A DNA stretch of 64,000 nt from a virus: IMG/VR virus record IMGVR_UViG_3300045988_107814, positions 1-64,000 of that record; one strand, 5' to 3'. Under the pieces are notes generated by a model. It was given only the letters and a program-made list of their open reading frames with translations, had not been told where the DNA came from and made no database searches. Every line of letters starts with the position of its first letter. The stretch's first letter is position 1. The position numbers and the translations under genes were made by a program. Below are positions 26,751-36,632 of this stretch, in pieces.

Positions 26751-28454
26751 TTACTCGTTATTTTCAGTAATACCATTATATTCTTTAATATCATTTTTAA
26801 TTGGATCCTTTAGTCCAGAAGCATACACATTATTAATATAATCAGCAATAGATTTATTATTTTTATTTCTCTTTCTATTCTTCTTACTATTTCTAGATGT
26901 CAAAGGAACCATATATTCATTAATTTTGTTCATAATATCAAATAGATTATCTTCTACAATCTTATTTGTATTACTGTTATTATTAGTAAATGCAATTGTA
27001 TAAATAGCATTAGAAGCATAATAAGCATAAATGTGTTCTTCTACAGTACCAACTTCAATAGCATCTGTAATAGTCTTTGCTAGAAGAACAATAAATGTCT
27101 TAGTATATTCTTCTGAATATCCCTGTGTCATAAGAGTCATCAAACAATGCTCAACATCTCTAGGCTTAGGATTAACATTGTTTATGGTTTCTCTATACTT
27201 ATTACAGAACTTTTTCCAACTATCTCTAGCTTCTTTATAAGCTCTATTAATATTAGACGGAGTCTTAGTAATATTATCTCTTACTCTAGAAAAGTCAAAA
27301 GCCTGCTTATAATTATTAGAAACTGTGATCAATTGTTCTGCTTTTTCTGGATCAGCATCTTTAATCTTCTCGGCTTCTTCTTCCATCTTAGTAGTAAACT
27401 TTTCGTATACTTCATCAGAATACTCATCCATAATAGTACCACTAATATTATTCATAGGAGATAATACTTCTTTAAGTTCGGAATTAAAGTCTTTGATTTC
27501 ATTATCGATATACGTATTATTTACAAGATCGTTAATGAAATTTTTTGCAAAGAAATTAATTGTAGCTTTATCAGCACCAGCAGACATAGCTTCTTGATTA
27601 ATTACAGTTTTTAACGATTCAGGTAAAGCTTCAAATACATTGAACTTTTCACCAGACTTATATCTATTCATTACATCAATCAACTGCATAGCATCTTCAC
27701 TAGATACATTGTCATAAGATTCAGTAAGAACAGATTTAATGATATTATCGTCTACAGTAAGACTAGTAGCAGGTACATCATTAAATTCTTCGATAGTCAT
27801 TTCTCTATCTTCTTCTTTATTATTGTCAGAAGATTCACTAGAAGCTGTGTCAATAGCTTCCATTAATGCTTTACCAGATGTTACATCCTTAATTGTATCT
27901 GTTAGTTCATTTGCAACTTCAGAAAGAGATTCAATTTCACTCTTTACCTCAGTTTTTCTATCATTTTCTTCACTAACAACAGCGTTCGTATCTTCAACAG
28001 TGTTGTCAGTTTCTTCAGGAAACGAAGTTTCCTCAATCACCTCAACAATTTCTTCAGGTACAGTTTCCTCTTCTTCAATAATGTCACTGTCGTTATTTGT
28101 TAGACTTCTTCTGATTTCATCTTCTACAGAATTCATAGCATTGTCCTCCTCTGCTTTATTTCTAATTTTATTCATATACTTATCGTATATACCATTAGCT
28201 TTAAGAGAATTCATCTCGTCGATAGAAAGTGGAGTATCACTCTCAAAAATGCCTCTAATGATATCTCTTTCAATAGATTCTTTTTCCATTTCATATCCAC
28301 GTTGTTCCATCTCCACAGGATCATAGAATTGTTGCTGAGATTTAACTTTATCCAGAGCTACTACGTCAGGATTATTAGATCTAGCAGAACATAACTTATC
28401 AACAAGAGAATTTATATCTTTGTCAGAAAGCTTATTTAAATATTCATTCGTCAT
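26751..28454 (-). CDS. acidic hypothetical protein (possible scaffold/internal virion protein)
   Basis: Start at ATG 28454 after GGAGAGGAAG, overlapping the upstream stop by 11 nt. Long E/D/S-rich central region. Confidence 0.6.
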   Translation of the reverse strand: MTNEYLNKLSDKDINSLVDKLCSARSNNPDVVALDKVKSQQQFYDPVEMEQRGYEMEKESIERDIIRGIFESDTPLSIDEMNSLKANGIYDKYMNKIRNKAEEDNAMNSVEDEIRRSLTNNDSDIIEEEETVPEEIVEVIEETSFPEETDNTVEDTNAVVSEENDRKTEVKSEIESLSEVANELTDTIKDVTSGKALMEAIDTASSESSDNNKEEDREMTIEEFNDVPATSLTVDDNIIKSVLTESYDNVSSEDAMQLIDVMNRYKSGEKFNVFEALPESLKTVINQEAMSAGADKATINFFAKNFINDLVNNTYIDNEIKDFNSELKEVLSPMNNISGTIMDEYSDEVYEKFTTKMEEEAEKIKDADPEKAEQLITVSNNYKQAFDFSRVRDNITKTPSNINRAYKEARDSWKKFCNKYRETINNVNPKPRDVEHCLMTLMTQGYSEEYTKTFIVLLAKTITDAIEVGTVEEHIYAYYASNAIYTIAFTNNNSNTNKIVEDNLFDIMNKINEYMVPLTSRNSKKNRKRNKNNKSIADYINNVYASGLKDPIKNDIKEYNGITENNE

Positions 28455-29271
28455 ATTTATCTTCCTCTCCATCAATATTATCTTCTTCTGGCTGTTGTTC
28501 AATAGATTCAGCTTGTTTTTGTGCTTCTAAATCTTGCATTAGCATAGATTGTAATTTAACACGAATCTCAGTAAGAATAGCAGGATTATCTACTACTTTA
28601 CAAAATTCATCTTTAAAGATATTACCCATAGGAGCAATATTAGAATATAAGAAATCACACATTTCTTTAGAGTAATTAAAAGACAAGAAAGTATAGAAAT
28701 CAATATCAAATCCAGATATATAATAAATTACTTCTCTGATTCTAGCAATTACAATATCAATATATTTAGCATTTCCACCATATACTTTTCTGATATAATT
28801 TGTGGTTGTGTCTTTATTCTTCTTATATTTATCAAGCCCCATATTATTATAGATCTCTCCACAATAATTATAAATATATCTTGAGAAGAAATTAATAATG
28901 TTTCTAGAATAACCAGAAACAAATAGATCATACATATTATATGCCAAGATATAACAATCTGGTTGATCTCCAATATATGTCAGATTAAAAGCATTACAAA
29001 TCTTATTAATAATAGTAAGATATGTTTCTTGACGAATAGACTTAATATTGTCAGCATCATCTGGGAAATTATCTATCATACCGTTAAAGTTTAGTTCATA
29101 TGAATTAACAATATTTGGATTTGATAGAGTTGGATTATAAGCAAATCTATTTGATAGGTTTGAATCAATTACATCCATTATATATGAAGAGTCAAACTTG
29201 GATAAAATATTTGCTATTTCACCTTCAGCAATGATATTATAAATACCACTATTTCTATATAATTCGTACAT
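28444..29271 (-). CDS. hypothetical protein
   Basis: 275-aa ORF with SD and a promoter-like motif upstream. Confidence 0.7.
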   Translation of the reverse strand: MYELYRNSGIYNIIAEGEIANILSKFDSSYIMDVIDSNLSNRFAYNPTLSNPNIVNSYELNFNGMIDNFPDDADNIKSIRQETYLTIINKICNAFNLTYIGDQPDCYILAYNMYDLFVSGYSRNIINFFSRYIYNYCGEIYNNMGLDKYKKNKDTTTNYIRKVYGGNAKYIDIVIARIREVIYYISGFDIDFYTFLSFNYSKEMCDFLYSNIAPMGNIFKDEFCKVVDNPAILTEIRVKLQSMLMQDLEAQKQAESIEQQPEEDNIDGEEDKYDE

Positions 29272-29299
29272 ATTAATACCTTTCCTTTCATAGTATTTT

Positions 29300-29311
29300 T
29301 AATAAATTGTT
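29300..29311 (-). promoter_or_regulatory. AACA-N6-TA promoter-like motif
   Basis: Minus strand reads AACAATTTATTA, downstream of the terminator at 29339..29360 and 29 nt before ATG 29271. Confidence 0.45.
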
Positions 29312-29338
29312 AATGTACCTATAATTAACAAAAAAAGA

Positions 29339-29360
29339 AGGTAGGCTTTTGCACCCACCT
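29339..29360 (-). terminator. intrinsic terminator
   Basis: The minus-strand RNA AGGUGGGU-GCAAAA-GCCUACCU (two G-U pairs) is followed by UCUUUUUUU. Confidence 0.6.
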
Positions 29361-29395
29361 CCTAAAGCTATATAATGAACACAATAGAATATGTC

Positions 29396-30109
29396 TTATT
29401 TAGAAAAGAAACTGATCAATCTGTTCATAATAGTTTCCTTATCGTTAATACCACTATAAACAGTCAGATTCATTTTCTTATTATCACCAGACATAAGTTC
29501 ATTCTTATCAGCATGGTAAACGTCAATGATACCTTCAGGAATTTCAGCATCACCAATAATAATATTATTGGCAACTTGATTAACGGGTTCATTCTGCATT
29601 CTAGCAAAATTCTCCATCTTAGATAACAATGTGCTTGTAACATCGATAACGACGTCTTGTTTCTTATCAACACTAAGCATATTATACCCGTTATCTGTAA
29701 TGACTGGATAAGTATAAATAAGTCCCTTCAGAATAATATTTGAAGGGATACCATAACTAGCGGCCCATTCTTCAAACATATCGGAATCATTTCGACGTAA
29801 TCCAGTTGAAAGTTTGTAATCTTGCGTATCCTTATATACTGAATTTAATTCAAGATCTTCACTCTTATAACCTGATTCAGACTTCTCAAAATCAAGTACT
29901 TTAAGTGTTTCAAGAGCTTCATCGATGTTATCACGATTCACACACTTATGAATCAAGTTTCTTACAAGCTGTGCTCTAGAGATGCCTGTAATGCGTGACA
30001 CCTTATCATACTTTCTTTTGATTTCTCTCGTGACGCAGCAAATATACATATGTCTATGCATATTTTCGTCATCTTTAAAATTATCAAACATTGGTACGTT
30101 AATAAACAT
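29396..30109 (-). CDS. hypothetical protein, possibly DNA-binding (three short HTH/RHH-like repeats)
   Basis: Three repeated segments (ITGISRAQLVRNLIHKCV, SYGIPSNIILKGLIYTY, QNEPVNQVANNIIIG). The function is speculative. Confidence 0.3.
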   Translation of the reverse strand: MFINVPMFDNFKDDENMHRHMYICCVTREIKRKYDKVSRITGISRAQLVRNLIHKCVNRDNIDEALETLKVLDFEKSESGYKSEDLELNSVYKDTQDYKLSTGLRRNDSDMFEEWAASYGIPSNIILKGLIYTYPVITDNGYNMLSVDKKQDVVIDVTSTLLSKMENFARMQNEPVNQVANNIIIGDAEIPEGIIDVYHADKNELMSGDNKKMNLTVYSGINDKETIMNRLISFFSK

Positions 30110-30135
30110 TTTAACGTCCTCCTTTTAAAAATATT

Positions 30136-30161
30136 TGAGAGTGAGATTACTCCCACTCTCA
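30136..30161 (-). terminator. stem-loop after nrdD
   Basis: TGAGAGTGAG-(6 nt)-CCCACTCTCA, imperfect (G-U on the minus strand). Confidence 0.55.
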
Positions 30162-30189
30162 CTTAAATAATATATAAATTTATAATTAT

Positions 30190-31869
30190 TTAGATCTTAT
30201 GTTTTACTCTATCTCTCTCTTCGGCTTGTTTTGCAGAGTTCCATCTATCAACAGTAGAAGTCAAATATCCAGTGATACGTCTAATACGTTCAAAGCCAAT
30301 ACCATCTTCACTTTCTTTTCTATGACAGAATGGACACTCATCATTGATAACACCAGTATATCCACAAACAGGATCTCTATCTACAGGATGATTAATTGCA
30401 CCATAACCAATATTATTGTCATGCATACACTCTACAACTGCTTCAATAGCATTAGGATTTCTAGAAGTATCTCCATCAAATTCTACATAACAGATATGAC
30501 CACCATTACAAAGTTCATGGAAAGGTGCTTCTAATTTAATTTTTTCTTCTGCTGTAATATTGAAGTATACTGGAATATGATTACTATTTGTAAAGTAATC
30601 TCTATCAGTAACACCCTTTATAATTCCAAACTTATTTCTACATTGTCTTAGTGCTTTACCTGCATATGATTCAGCTGGTGTAGCAAATGTACTAAAGTTT
30701 AATTTATATTCTTCAGAAATCTTATCTGTAAACTCACGCATATGCTTAATAATAGCATATCCTTTATCCCAATACTCTTTTCCTTCACCATGATGATGAC
30801 CATAAAGAGCAACCAATGTTTCCGCTAAACCTACAAATCCAATAGACAAACTACCATGTTTAATTACTTCACGGATCTCATCTTCAGGACCAAGTTTATC
30901 AGAACCAATCCAAACCCCTTCTCCCATTAAGAATTTCATATTCTTAACTTTGATTCTAGCTTGGATTTCAAATCTTTCCAATAACTGTTTCTTACAAAGT
31001 TCAAGATATTTATCAAGTAATTCATAGAACTTAGCTTCATCACCATTAGCAGTTAAAGCTAACATAGGAAGATTAATTGTTGTAAACGATAGATTTCCTC
31101 TACCGTAAGCAATCTCATTTTCAGGATCATAGACATTTCCCATAACTCTTGTACGGCATCCCATTGCACATACTTCTGTTTCTGGATGACCTGGTTTATA
31201 ATACTGCTTATTAAAAGTAGCATCTTCAAATACATAATTTGGGAACAAACGTTTTGATGTTACTCTATAAGATAACAGAAGCAAATCATAATTAGGATCT
31301 TCTGGATTATAGTTTACTCCTTCCTTTACCTTGAAAATTACAATAGGGAAGATAGCTGTTTCTCCATGTCCTAATCCAGCTTCCATAGCAAGTAATAAGT
31401 GCTTAGTAATCATTCTACCTGCATTACTTGTATCAGTACCCAAATTAATTGAGGAAAACGGAACTTGAGCACCTGCACGTGAATGTAATGTATTAAGATT
31501 ATGAACAATACCTTCCATAGCTTGGTAGCATTGTATTTCTGTATCGTCAATTGTCATTTTTATAATATCTTTAATATTTTTGATTAAATATACACTATCA
31601 CCATCATAATCAGAACCATCATTATTTACTAATGTAAAAGAACGGTCTCTTCCCAAAAATCTATCAATAATTTCATCTGTAATAGAAATAGGTGTTTCTC
31701 CAGAATTATCATAATTTAATTGTTTATCTGTTTTAATAGACATATTAATACCACTATCAATAAGTCCAAATTCAATAGCTTTCTTGACATTATTATTCCA
31801 TGCTTTTCTGAATGTCTTATAAATGCCAGGAGCCATAGCGTAATCAAAATTAGGTATTGCTTGCCCACC
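30190..31869 (-). CDS. nrdD: anaerobic ribonucleoside-triphosphate reductase, exon 2
   Basis: Contains the C-terminal Zn site CGYTGVINDECPFCHRKE and the glycyl-radical motif RRITGYL. The reading frame is open upstream of the track ATG back to GGT 31869 (GGQAIPNFDYAMAPG). Confidence 0.85.
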   Translation of the reverse strand, partial: GGQAIPNFDYAMAPGIYKTFRKAWNNNVKKAIEFGLIDSGINMSIKTDKQLNYDNSGETPISITDEIIDRFLGRDRSFTLVNNDGSDYDGDSVYLIKNIKDIIKMTIDDTEIQCYQAMEGIVHNLNTLHSRAGAQVPFSSINLGTDTSNAGRMITKHLLLAMEAGLGHGETAIFPIVIFKVKEGVNYNPEDPNYDLLLLSYRVTSKRLFPNYVFEDATFNKQYYKPGHPETEVCAMGCRTRVMGNVYDPENEIAYGRGNLSFTTINLPMLALTANGDEAKFYELLDKYLELCKKQLLERFEIQARIKVKNMKFLMGEGVWIGSDKLGPEDEIREVIKHGSLSIGFVGLAETLVALYGHHHGEGKEYWDKGYAIIKHMREFTDKISEEYKLNFSTFATPAESYAGKALRQCRNKFGIIKGVTDRDYFTNSNHIPVYFNITAEEKIKLEAPFHELCNGGHICYVEFDGDTSRNPNAIEAVVECMHDNNIGYGAINHPVDRDPVCGYTGVINDECPFCHRKESEDGIGFERIRRITGYLTSTVDRWNSAKQAEERDRVKHKI

Positions 31870-32206
31870 CTGTCGATCACTACAATCAACAGGACTATAT
31901 CACGAACTTCACCTTCAAGTGGTCAGTTCCCAACGCACTTCGGAGCTGTATCAATCTCAGCCCTAACGATACTCGGTTACTCGGTCTTCTTATGCAAGAC
32001 CTATCCTTTTTCTAGTCTCTAGACCTTCAATATATTATAATAATATAAAGCTTGGCACAGGATTCTTGCGGGCTCATTCCCTGTTAGCAAAAGAATTAAT
32101 ATATCATTTCCTATATAAATCTAAGCGATTCTTTCACACCTCGCTGATAAACGAGTTCACGTTGCTTTGCAATTATATATTTCTATATAATGGCACAGTT
32201 TTATCT
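31870..32206 (-). ncRNA. group I self-splicing intron (no internal ORF) interrupting nrdD
   Basis: A 337-nt non-coding, GC-richer insert lies between two in-frame halves of nrdD. The 5' exon ends in U (..CAG CAU|) and the insert ends in G (..CGACAG|GGU). Removal joins ...IAIQSNQNDQH to GGQAIPNFDY..., a continuous conserved NrdD segment. Confidence 0.75.
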
Positions 32207-32899
32207 ATGCTGATCGTTCTGATTACTTTGAATAGCAATGGCTGCTAGAGTAGCGTAAGAACCAATAGAGTTTGGTTCTCTTAAGTGTCCATGTCCTGTG
32301 TTAAATCCGCCCTTAAATAACTTAAGACAATCGATCTGACAGCAGGTAAGAGTCAAAGCATAAAAGTCTAAATCGTGGATATGAATAAACCCATCTGTAT
32401 ATGCTTGTACGATATCTTTACTAATCATATTATTTAGATAATAATTCTTAGATACATTAGAACCAATCTGCAACATAGTTCCCATCGGAGAATCACCATC
32501 AATATTACCATTGTCACGTTTCAGATCATTTTCATATGATTCTGTATTTAAAAGAGTAGAGATTGTACTGGTAATAGAATCTCTTGTATTTCTGATTTCA
32601 TTTCTCTTTTGACGATATAAGATATATTCTTTTGCAGTATCAGCGAATCCATTTTTAATAAGAGTTCGTTCTACAATATCTTGAATATCTTCTATATTGA
32701 TTGTAGTAGATTTGATCTTTTGACAAAAAGCAAAACATTCATCATTAATAATATCTACCAACTTATCACAAACTTTAGAGTCAAATGTTTCATCAACATG
32801 AGAAGCTAGAACAGCTTTTTCAATAGCATTAAAGATCTTATCCTTATCAAAATCTACAATACTACCATTTCGTTTACGAGTTTTCATTCCATAATCCAT
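32207..32899 (-). CDS. nrdD: anaerobic ribonucleoside-triphosphate reductase, exon 1 (ATP-cone + N-terminal core)
   Basis: KTRKRNGSIVDFDKDKIFNAIEKAV is an ATP-cone start. The ORF reaches a stop 2 codons into the intron. Confidence 0.85.
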
Positions 32900-32926
32900 A
32901 TTAATGGACCTCCTTTTTAATTAGTT

Positions 32927-32938
32927 TATTTATAAGTT
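32927..32938 (-). promoter_or_regulatory. AACT-N6-TA promoter-like motif upstream of nrdD
   Basis: Minus strand reads AACTTATAAATA. Confidence 0.4.
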
Positions 32939-32953
32939 ATAGATCTATTCAAT

Positions 32954-32970
32954 AAAAAATAAACGAAAAA
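32954..32970 (-). repeat. 17-mer AAAAAATAAACGAAAAA (plus-strand reading), copy 1
   Basis: Identical 17-mer at 41971..41987. Both form the U-tract after a minus-strand terminator and lie upstream of an AAC(A/T)-N6-TA motif. Confidence 0.7.
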
Positions 32971-32974
32971 TAAA

Positions 32975-33003
32975 CGTCAACGTATATATAACGTACGTTG
33001 ACG
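32975..33003 (-). terminator. intrinsic terminator
   Basis: CGTCAACGT-(11 nt)-ACGTTGACG, followed on the minus strand by TTTATTTTTCGTTTATTTTTT. Confidence 0.7.
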
Positions 33004-33034
33004 AGTATTCTTAGTTAATTCATAATGGGGTTAT

Positions 33035-33886
33035 TTAATCATAATAGTTTGTATTATTGTCAAACATAAAGTACTTTTTATATAACTCATTAGCCTCATT
33101 AAAAGCGTGATCAATATTTTTCTGGTTTTCATCATCTTGTTCAGTCTGCTTCAAATTATTGAGGCAAGCAAGGATTTCTCCAATACGTGTACCAAGTTCA
33201 AATAATACTTCTTTAGAACAGAGCATACAAAGAATCTTATCAAGTTCTTCATTATGATTACTGTACATTGTCATGGTCATAAAATCACCAACACTAACAT
33301 CATAATATTTCTCAAAGATATCTTTAAGCTCTTTTCTATTAGTAGTCATTGATAACTGAATTTTGACTTCCTCATCATCATCTTTTGAAACAGTACGATT
33401 TTCATAATATTCTTTATATTCCTCAACAAAGTTTTTAATATCTTCTGGTGTAATATTATTAATTATATTGTCTTTATTAGATAATGATTCCTCAACTTCT
33501 TTTTGAATCCGATGACGAGGTATAATATTATTAATTATATTATCTTTATTAGATAATGATTCCTCAACTTCTTTTTGAATCTGATGACGAGAGGAATATA
33601 CAAATTGCTTATACACTTCTTCAAGTAAGTGAAATTGTTTACCAGATACATATACTTCTGTTTTGCAATTTGCAGGATCCCATCTGGCTTCTTTAACTTC
33701 ACAATTGTTCAGAGCATTCAGAGCAGCAATAGAATCGTTGAATGTCATTCTACTGAAATCAACTAATACTATTTTAATATCATATTTTTGATACATATCG
33801 TAATTCAATATTATATAATGATCTATAATATACTTGAATCTATTGCTATCAAAAGCTAATTTACCGAATATATACTTATTATCCAT
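33035..33886 (-). CDS. hypothetical protein with in-frame 24-aa tandem duplication (member of local paralogue array)
   Basis: (H/R)(Q/R)IQKEVEESLSNKDNIINNI(I/T)P occurs twice, corresponding to the 2 x 72 bp repeat at 33448..33591. Confidence 0.7.
   Translation of the reverse strand: MDNKYIFGKLAFDSNRFKYIIDHYIILNYDMYQKYDIKIVLVDFSRMTFNDSIAALNALNNCEVKEARWDPANCKTEVYVSGKQFHLLEEVYKQFVYSSRHQIQKEVEESLSNKDNIINNIIPRHRIQKEVEESLSNKDNIINNITPEDIKNFVEEYKEYYENRTVSKDDDEEVKIQLSMTTNRKELKDIFEKYYDVSVGDFMTMTMYSNHNEELDKILCMLCSKEVLFELGTRIGEILACLNNLKQTEQDDENQKNIDHAFNEANELYKKYFMFDNNTNYYD
33448..33591 (-). repeat. 2 x 72 bp in-frame tandem duplication
   Basis: 33448..33519 and 33520..33591 differ at about 3 positions and encode a duplicated 24-aa block. 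Confidence 0.9.
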
Positions 33887-33887
33887 G

Positions 33888-34598
33888 TTATACTTCCTCC
33901 TCAGTTTCTGATGTTCTATAAATCATATTTCTTATAGTTTTGATTGTTTTATTAATTGCAACTTTATTCTTATCAAAATTTATATAGATATATAAATTTT
34001 TTGATTTAAGTTCTGTATTTGTATAAATTTTGAAGCTATCGATAATTAATTCCTTAAATAAATTACCTGCAAAATCAGAGACAAATTTTTTCTGAATAGA
34101 ATTCAATTCAGGTTCGCCAATCTTTCCATAAATATATTGCTGCAATGGGCATTTCCACGAATGTCCTTCCAGCATAAGAACCGTATAAAATTTGTATCCT
34201 GACAAGATATTATCAGTATTATATTTCTTATAGATATCTCTTAATACATCATCAACAGTTGTAGCACGATATCTAACATTAACATATTCTTCTGTATTAA
34301 ATGATGATCCTATCATCTTATTAGCATGCACAAAGTTAATGAAATTAACCACTGTAAAATTTCGTTTTTCACGGAATTTTTTTGTGGAAAGATAGAATGC
34401 TACATTCTCCTTATTATAAAAATCCACTGCAATATATCTAACTTCACAATCATTAAATATATCAGGAATATTGATATTAAGTGGCATGTCATTTTGATCT
34501 TTAATAGAGATATCATAAAGAGTATATCTATTAAAAGCCATCTTAGACATAACACCAGCTTCAATATAATCGTTAAGTGTTACTAATTTCTTATCCAT
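33888..34598 (-). CDS. hypothetical protein (local paralogue array)
   Basis: Start at ATG 34598 after GGAGG. Shares an NDCEV...Y(L/V)S motif with neighbours. Confidence 0.65.
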   Translation of the reverse strand: MDKKLVTLNDYIEAGVMSKMAFNRYTLYDISIKDQNDMPLNINIPDIFNDCEVRYIAVDFYNKENVAFYLSTKKFREKRNFTVVNFINFVHANKMIGSSFNTEEYVNVRYRATTVDDVLRDIYKKYNTDNILSGYKFYTVLMLEGHSWKCPLQQYIYGKIGEPELNSIQKKFVSDFAGNLFKELIIDSFKIYTNTELKSKNLYIYINFDKNKVAINKTIKTIRNMIYRTSETEEEV

Positions 34599-35232
34599 TT
34601 TGCTTAACCTCCATAGCATAGTTCTTAATAAATTCCTGCTTTTTCATATGATTATCATTTCTGAAATCTTCTGTATCAATATAAATAGATATTGATCGTG
34701 GTTCAGTAAATTTATAGAACATAACAGGACAATCTAATAATTTCGAAATGTCTGAAACAAGTTCAACACAATCTCCATTATCATTTGTTAAATCATAAGC
34801 ATATAAACGTAACTTCTCACATTTATTAAGCATACCTTTATTAAGAAATTCAGAATATGGCATCCATAAAGAGTGGTCCATACTTCTTTTTATAATATCC
34901 TTGAGCATATTCATATTCAATTTATTTTCAGCTTTATCTATATAAATAGAAAATTTCTGGATATTATCTTCATATGATATTTTACAAGTGGCTGTGAAAT
35001 TATGAATCGTAATATCTGAAATTATGCTATATAATATACCGTATTCATTGCAATCACACATATTTAAATCATAGTACAAATAATCAAAGAATAACTTAGG
35101 TTCTGTTTCATCATCAGTGTTTATATAGAAATTGATGACTATATGTTCTTCCATAGTTCTTCCAATCATCTTAGCCATATCCATATAATGTTTAACTGTA
35201 TTTGGCATATCTATATACTGTTTATGTGTCAT
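34591..35232 (-). CDS. hypothetical protein (local paralogue array)
   Basis: 213-aa ORF abutting the upstream stop. Confidence 0.65.
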   Translation of the reverse strand: MTHKQYIDMPNTVKHYMDMAKMIGRTMEEHIVINFYINTDDETEPKLFFDYLYYDLNMCDCNEYGILYSIISDITIHNFTATCKISYEDNIQKFSIYIDKAENKLNMNMLKDIIKRSMDHSLWMPYSEFLNKGMLNKCEKLRLYAYDLTNDNGDCVELVSDISKLLDCPVMFYKFTEPRSISIYIDTEDFRNDNHMKKQEFIKNYAMEVKQNG

Positions 35233-35628
35233 TTACTTGTCCTCCTTATTATCACGCTCGTTTAAATACTTTTGAAGATCAGAAATAAGATTTAATATTT
35301 TAGTCTGATTTCTGTCTAAACTTACATAAATCAGAGCTAAATCATTATCCTTATCTGAAGTAATTCCTAAATCTTCAACTATCATATTATTTACACAGTC
35401 TACAATAGTTGATATTAGATATTCATCTCTATAACTGTGATTTTCAAGTTCTAGTTCATTATATAAATAATCAAACATATTAAATATTTTTGAATCTGTT
35501 GTCAAAAATATTTTAGTTTTTATATGCTTAAAAGTATTAAGACTTTTAAGCGTTATAAAATTAATACAGTCATAAACTTGTTTTCCTTTGAATCTACTAT
35601 ACGAGATAGTAATTTTGGTTTTGGTCAT
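35233..35628 (-). CDS. hypothetical protein (local paralogue array)
   Basis: Start at ATG 35628 after GGAGGAATTG; the track N-terminus lies inside a terminator hairpin. Confidence 0.65.
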   Translation of the reverse strand: MTKTKITISYSRFKGKQVYDCINFITLKSLNTFKHIKTKIFLTTDSKIFNMFDYLYNELELENHSYRDEYLISTIVDCVNNMIVEDLGITSDKDNDLALIYVSLDRNQTKILNLISDLQKYLNERDNKEDK

Positions 35629-35661
35629 TTTCAATTCCTCCGTAAATTTAAAATATAAAAA

Positions 35662-35689
35662 GATACATGTGGAAAATTCCACATGTATC
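35662..35689 (-). terminator. intrinsic terminator
   Basis: GATACATGTGGAA-AA-TTCCACATGTATC; T-rich tract follows on the minus strand. Confidence 0.7.
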
Positions 35690-35734
35690 CTTTATGTGTG
35701 TATATTTGCTTATTAACTTGTTCAGCTATATGTT

Positions 35735-36520
35735 TTATTTGATTGTCGGATACAGCTGATTAACAAAGTCAACATTTGGATTAGGACGATAGAAATCGTC
35801 AAAATCAAGTGTTGTGATATCAGGAGCAATAATAAGAGAAAATCCCTTGCCATATGTTTTATCATTTACAACACCAGCAAACTTAACTTCTCCGATATCT
35901 TTAAGAACAAATTTGTTAGAATTTAGATTTGTCTCATACAACGGAATAAATACTTCCATATTATCAGGAAGATCTTTGATTGCTACTTTCAGATCAAAGA
36001 TTGTCATATACGGGTTTGTTTTCGAGTCTACATTTGGAAACAGATAATGAGTATAGTTATTGATTCTACTAATAGAAGAAATCAATTCATTATCAATTCC
36101 AAAACTAAATACATTTCCGTAGATATCATCGCTGATCACACCGGCAGTATTAGCAATTCTGTGATCATTTGGAAATTCTTCTTCGAAATTTTCATACAAA
36201 GGAATCAATACCTTCATATTATCAGGAAGATCTTTGATTGCTACTTTCAGATCAAAGATTGTCATAGTTTTTGTTCTGTTAGCAGCTGCTTCTTCGTTAT
36301 AATTTTTTCCTTTGAGCCGTACACAAATTTGATTTGTGTTTCCAGTCGATTCGATTCCGAGCACTTCATAGTCCAAGTAATCGTAATAGTTTTTGTGAGT
36401 GCTAAGTTCTTGCAACCAAGCATCTCCAAAGTCAACACGTACACATACATGTTTTGGATCTACCAGTCCAGAGTTAATAAGACCTCTCAGAGTAAATACC
36501 ATTGTTCTTTTTTGGTTCAT
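35735..36520 (-). CDS. hypothetical protein with duplicated domain
   Basis: MTIFDLKVAIKDLPDNM(K/E)V(L/F)IPLYE occurs twice, 86 codons apart (52-nt identical DNA repeat). Confidence 0.7.
   Translation of the reverse strand: MNQKRTMVFTLRGLINSGLVDPKHVCVRVDFGDAWLQELSTHKNYYDYLDYEVLGIESTGNTNQICVRLKGKNYNEEAAANRTKTMTIFDLKVAIKDLPDNMKVLIPLYENFEEEFPNDHRIANTAGVISDDIYGNVFSFGIDNELISSISRINNYTHYLFPNVDSKTNPYMTIFDLKVAIKDLPDNMEVFIPLYETNLNSNKFVLKDIGEVKFAGVVNDKTYGKGFSLIIAPDITTLDFDDFYRPNPNVDFVNQLYPTIK
35957..36266 (-). repeat. two 52-nt identical direct repeats, 258 bp apart
   Basis: CATATTATCAGGAAGATCTTTGATTGCTACTTTCAGATCAAAGATTGTCATA at 35957..36008 and 36215..36266, marking an intragenic domain duplication. 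Confidence 0.85.
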
Positions 36521-36554
36521 TTTATTTGTCCTCCACTAAATTTAAATTATTTTT

Positions 36555-36574
36555 AATAAGATATCTATCTTATT
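36555..36574. promoter_or_regulatory. inverted repeat (9-2-9), operator-like
   Basis: AATAAGATA-TC-TATCTTATT in the leader/promoter region of gene 35735..36520. Confidence 0.3.
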
Positions 36575-36603
36575 ACTTAAATAGTATATAATAAAATAAA
36601 AAG

Positions 36604-36632
36604 TTACAAGGATACATTAAGTATCCTTGTAA
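36604..36632 (-). terminator. intrinsic terminator
   Basis: TTACAAGGATAC-(5 nt)-GTATCCTTGTAA followed on the minus strand by CTTTTTATTTTATT. Confidence 0.8.

Noticed and set aside
29361-29380. AGCTATATAATGAACA resembling part of the 54-bp cassette promoter
   Set aside because: Only about 10 nt are shared, there is no -35 at a proper distance, and no plus-strand ORF lies downstream.
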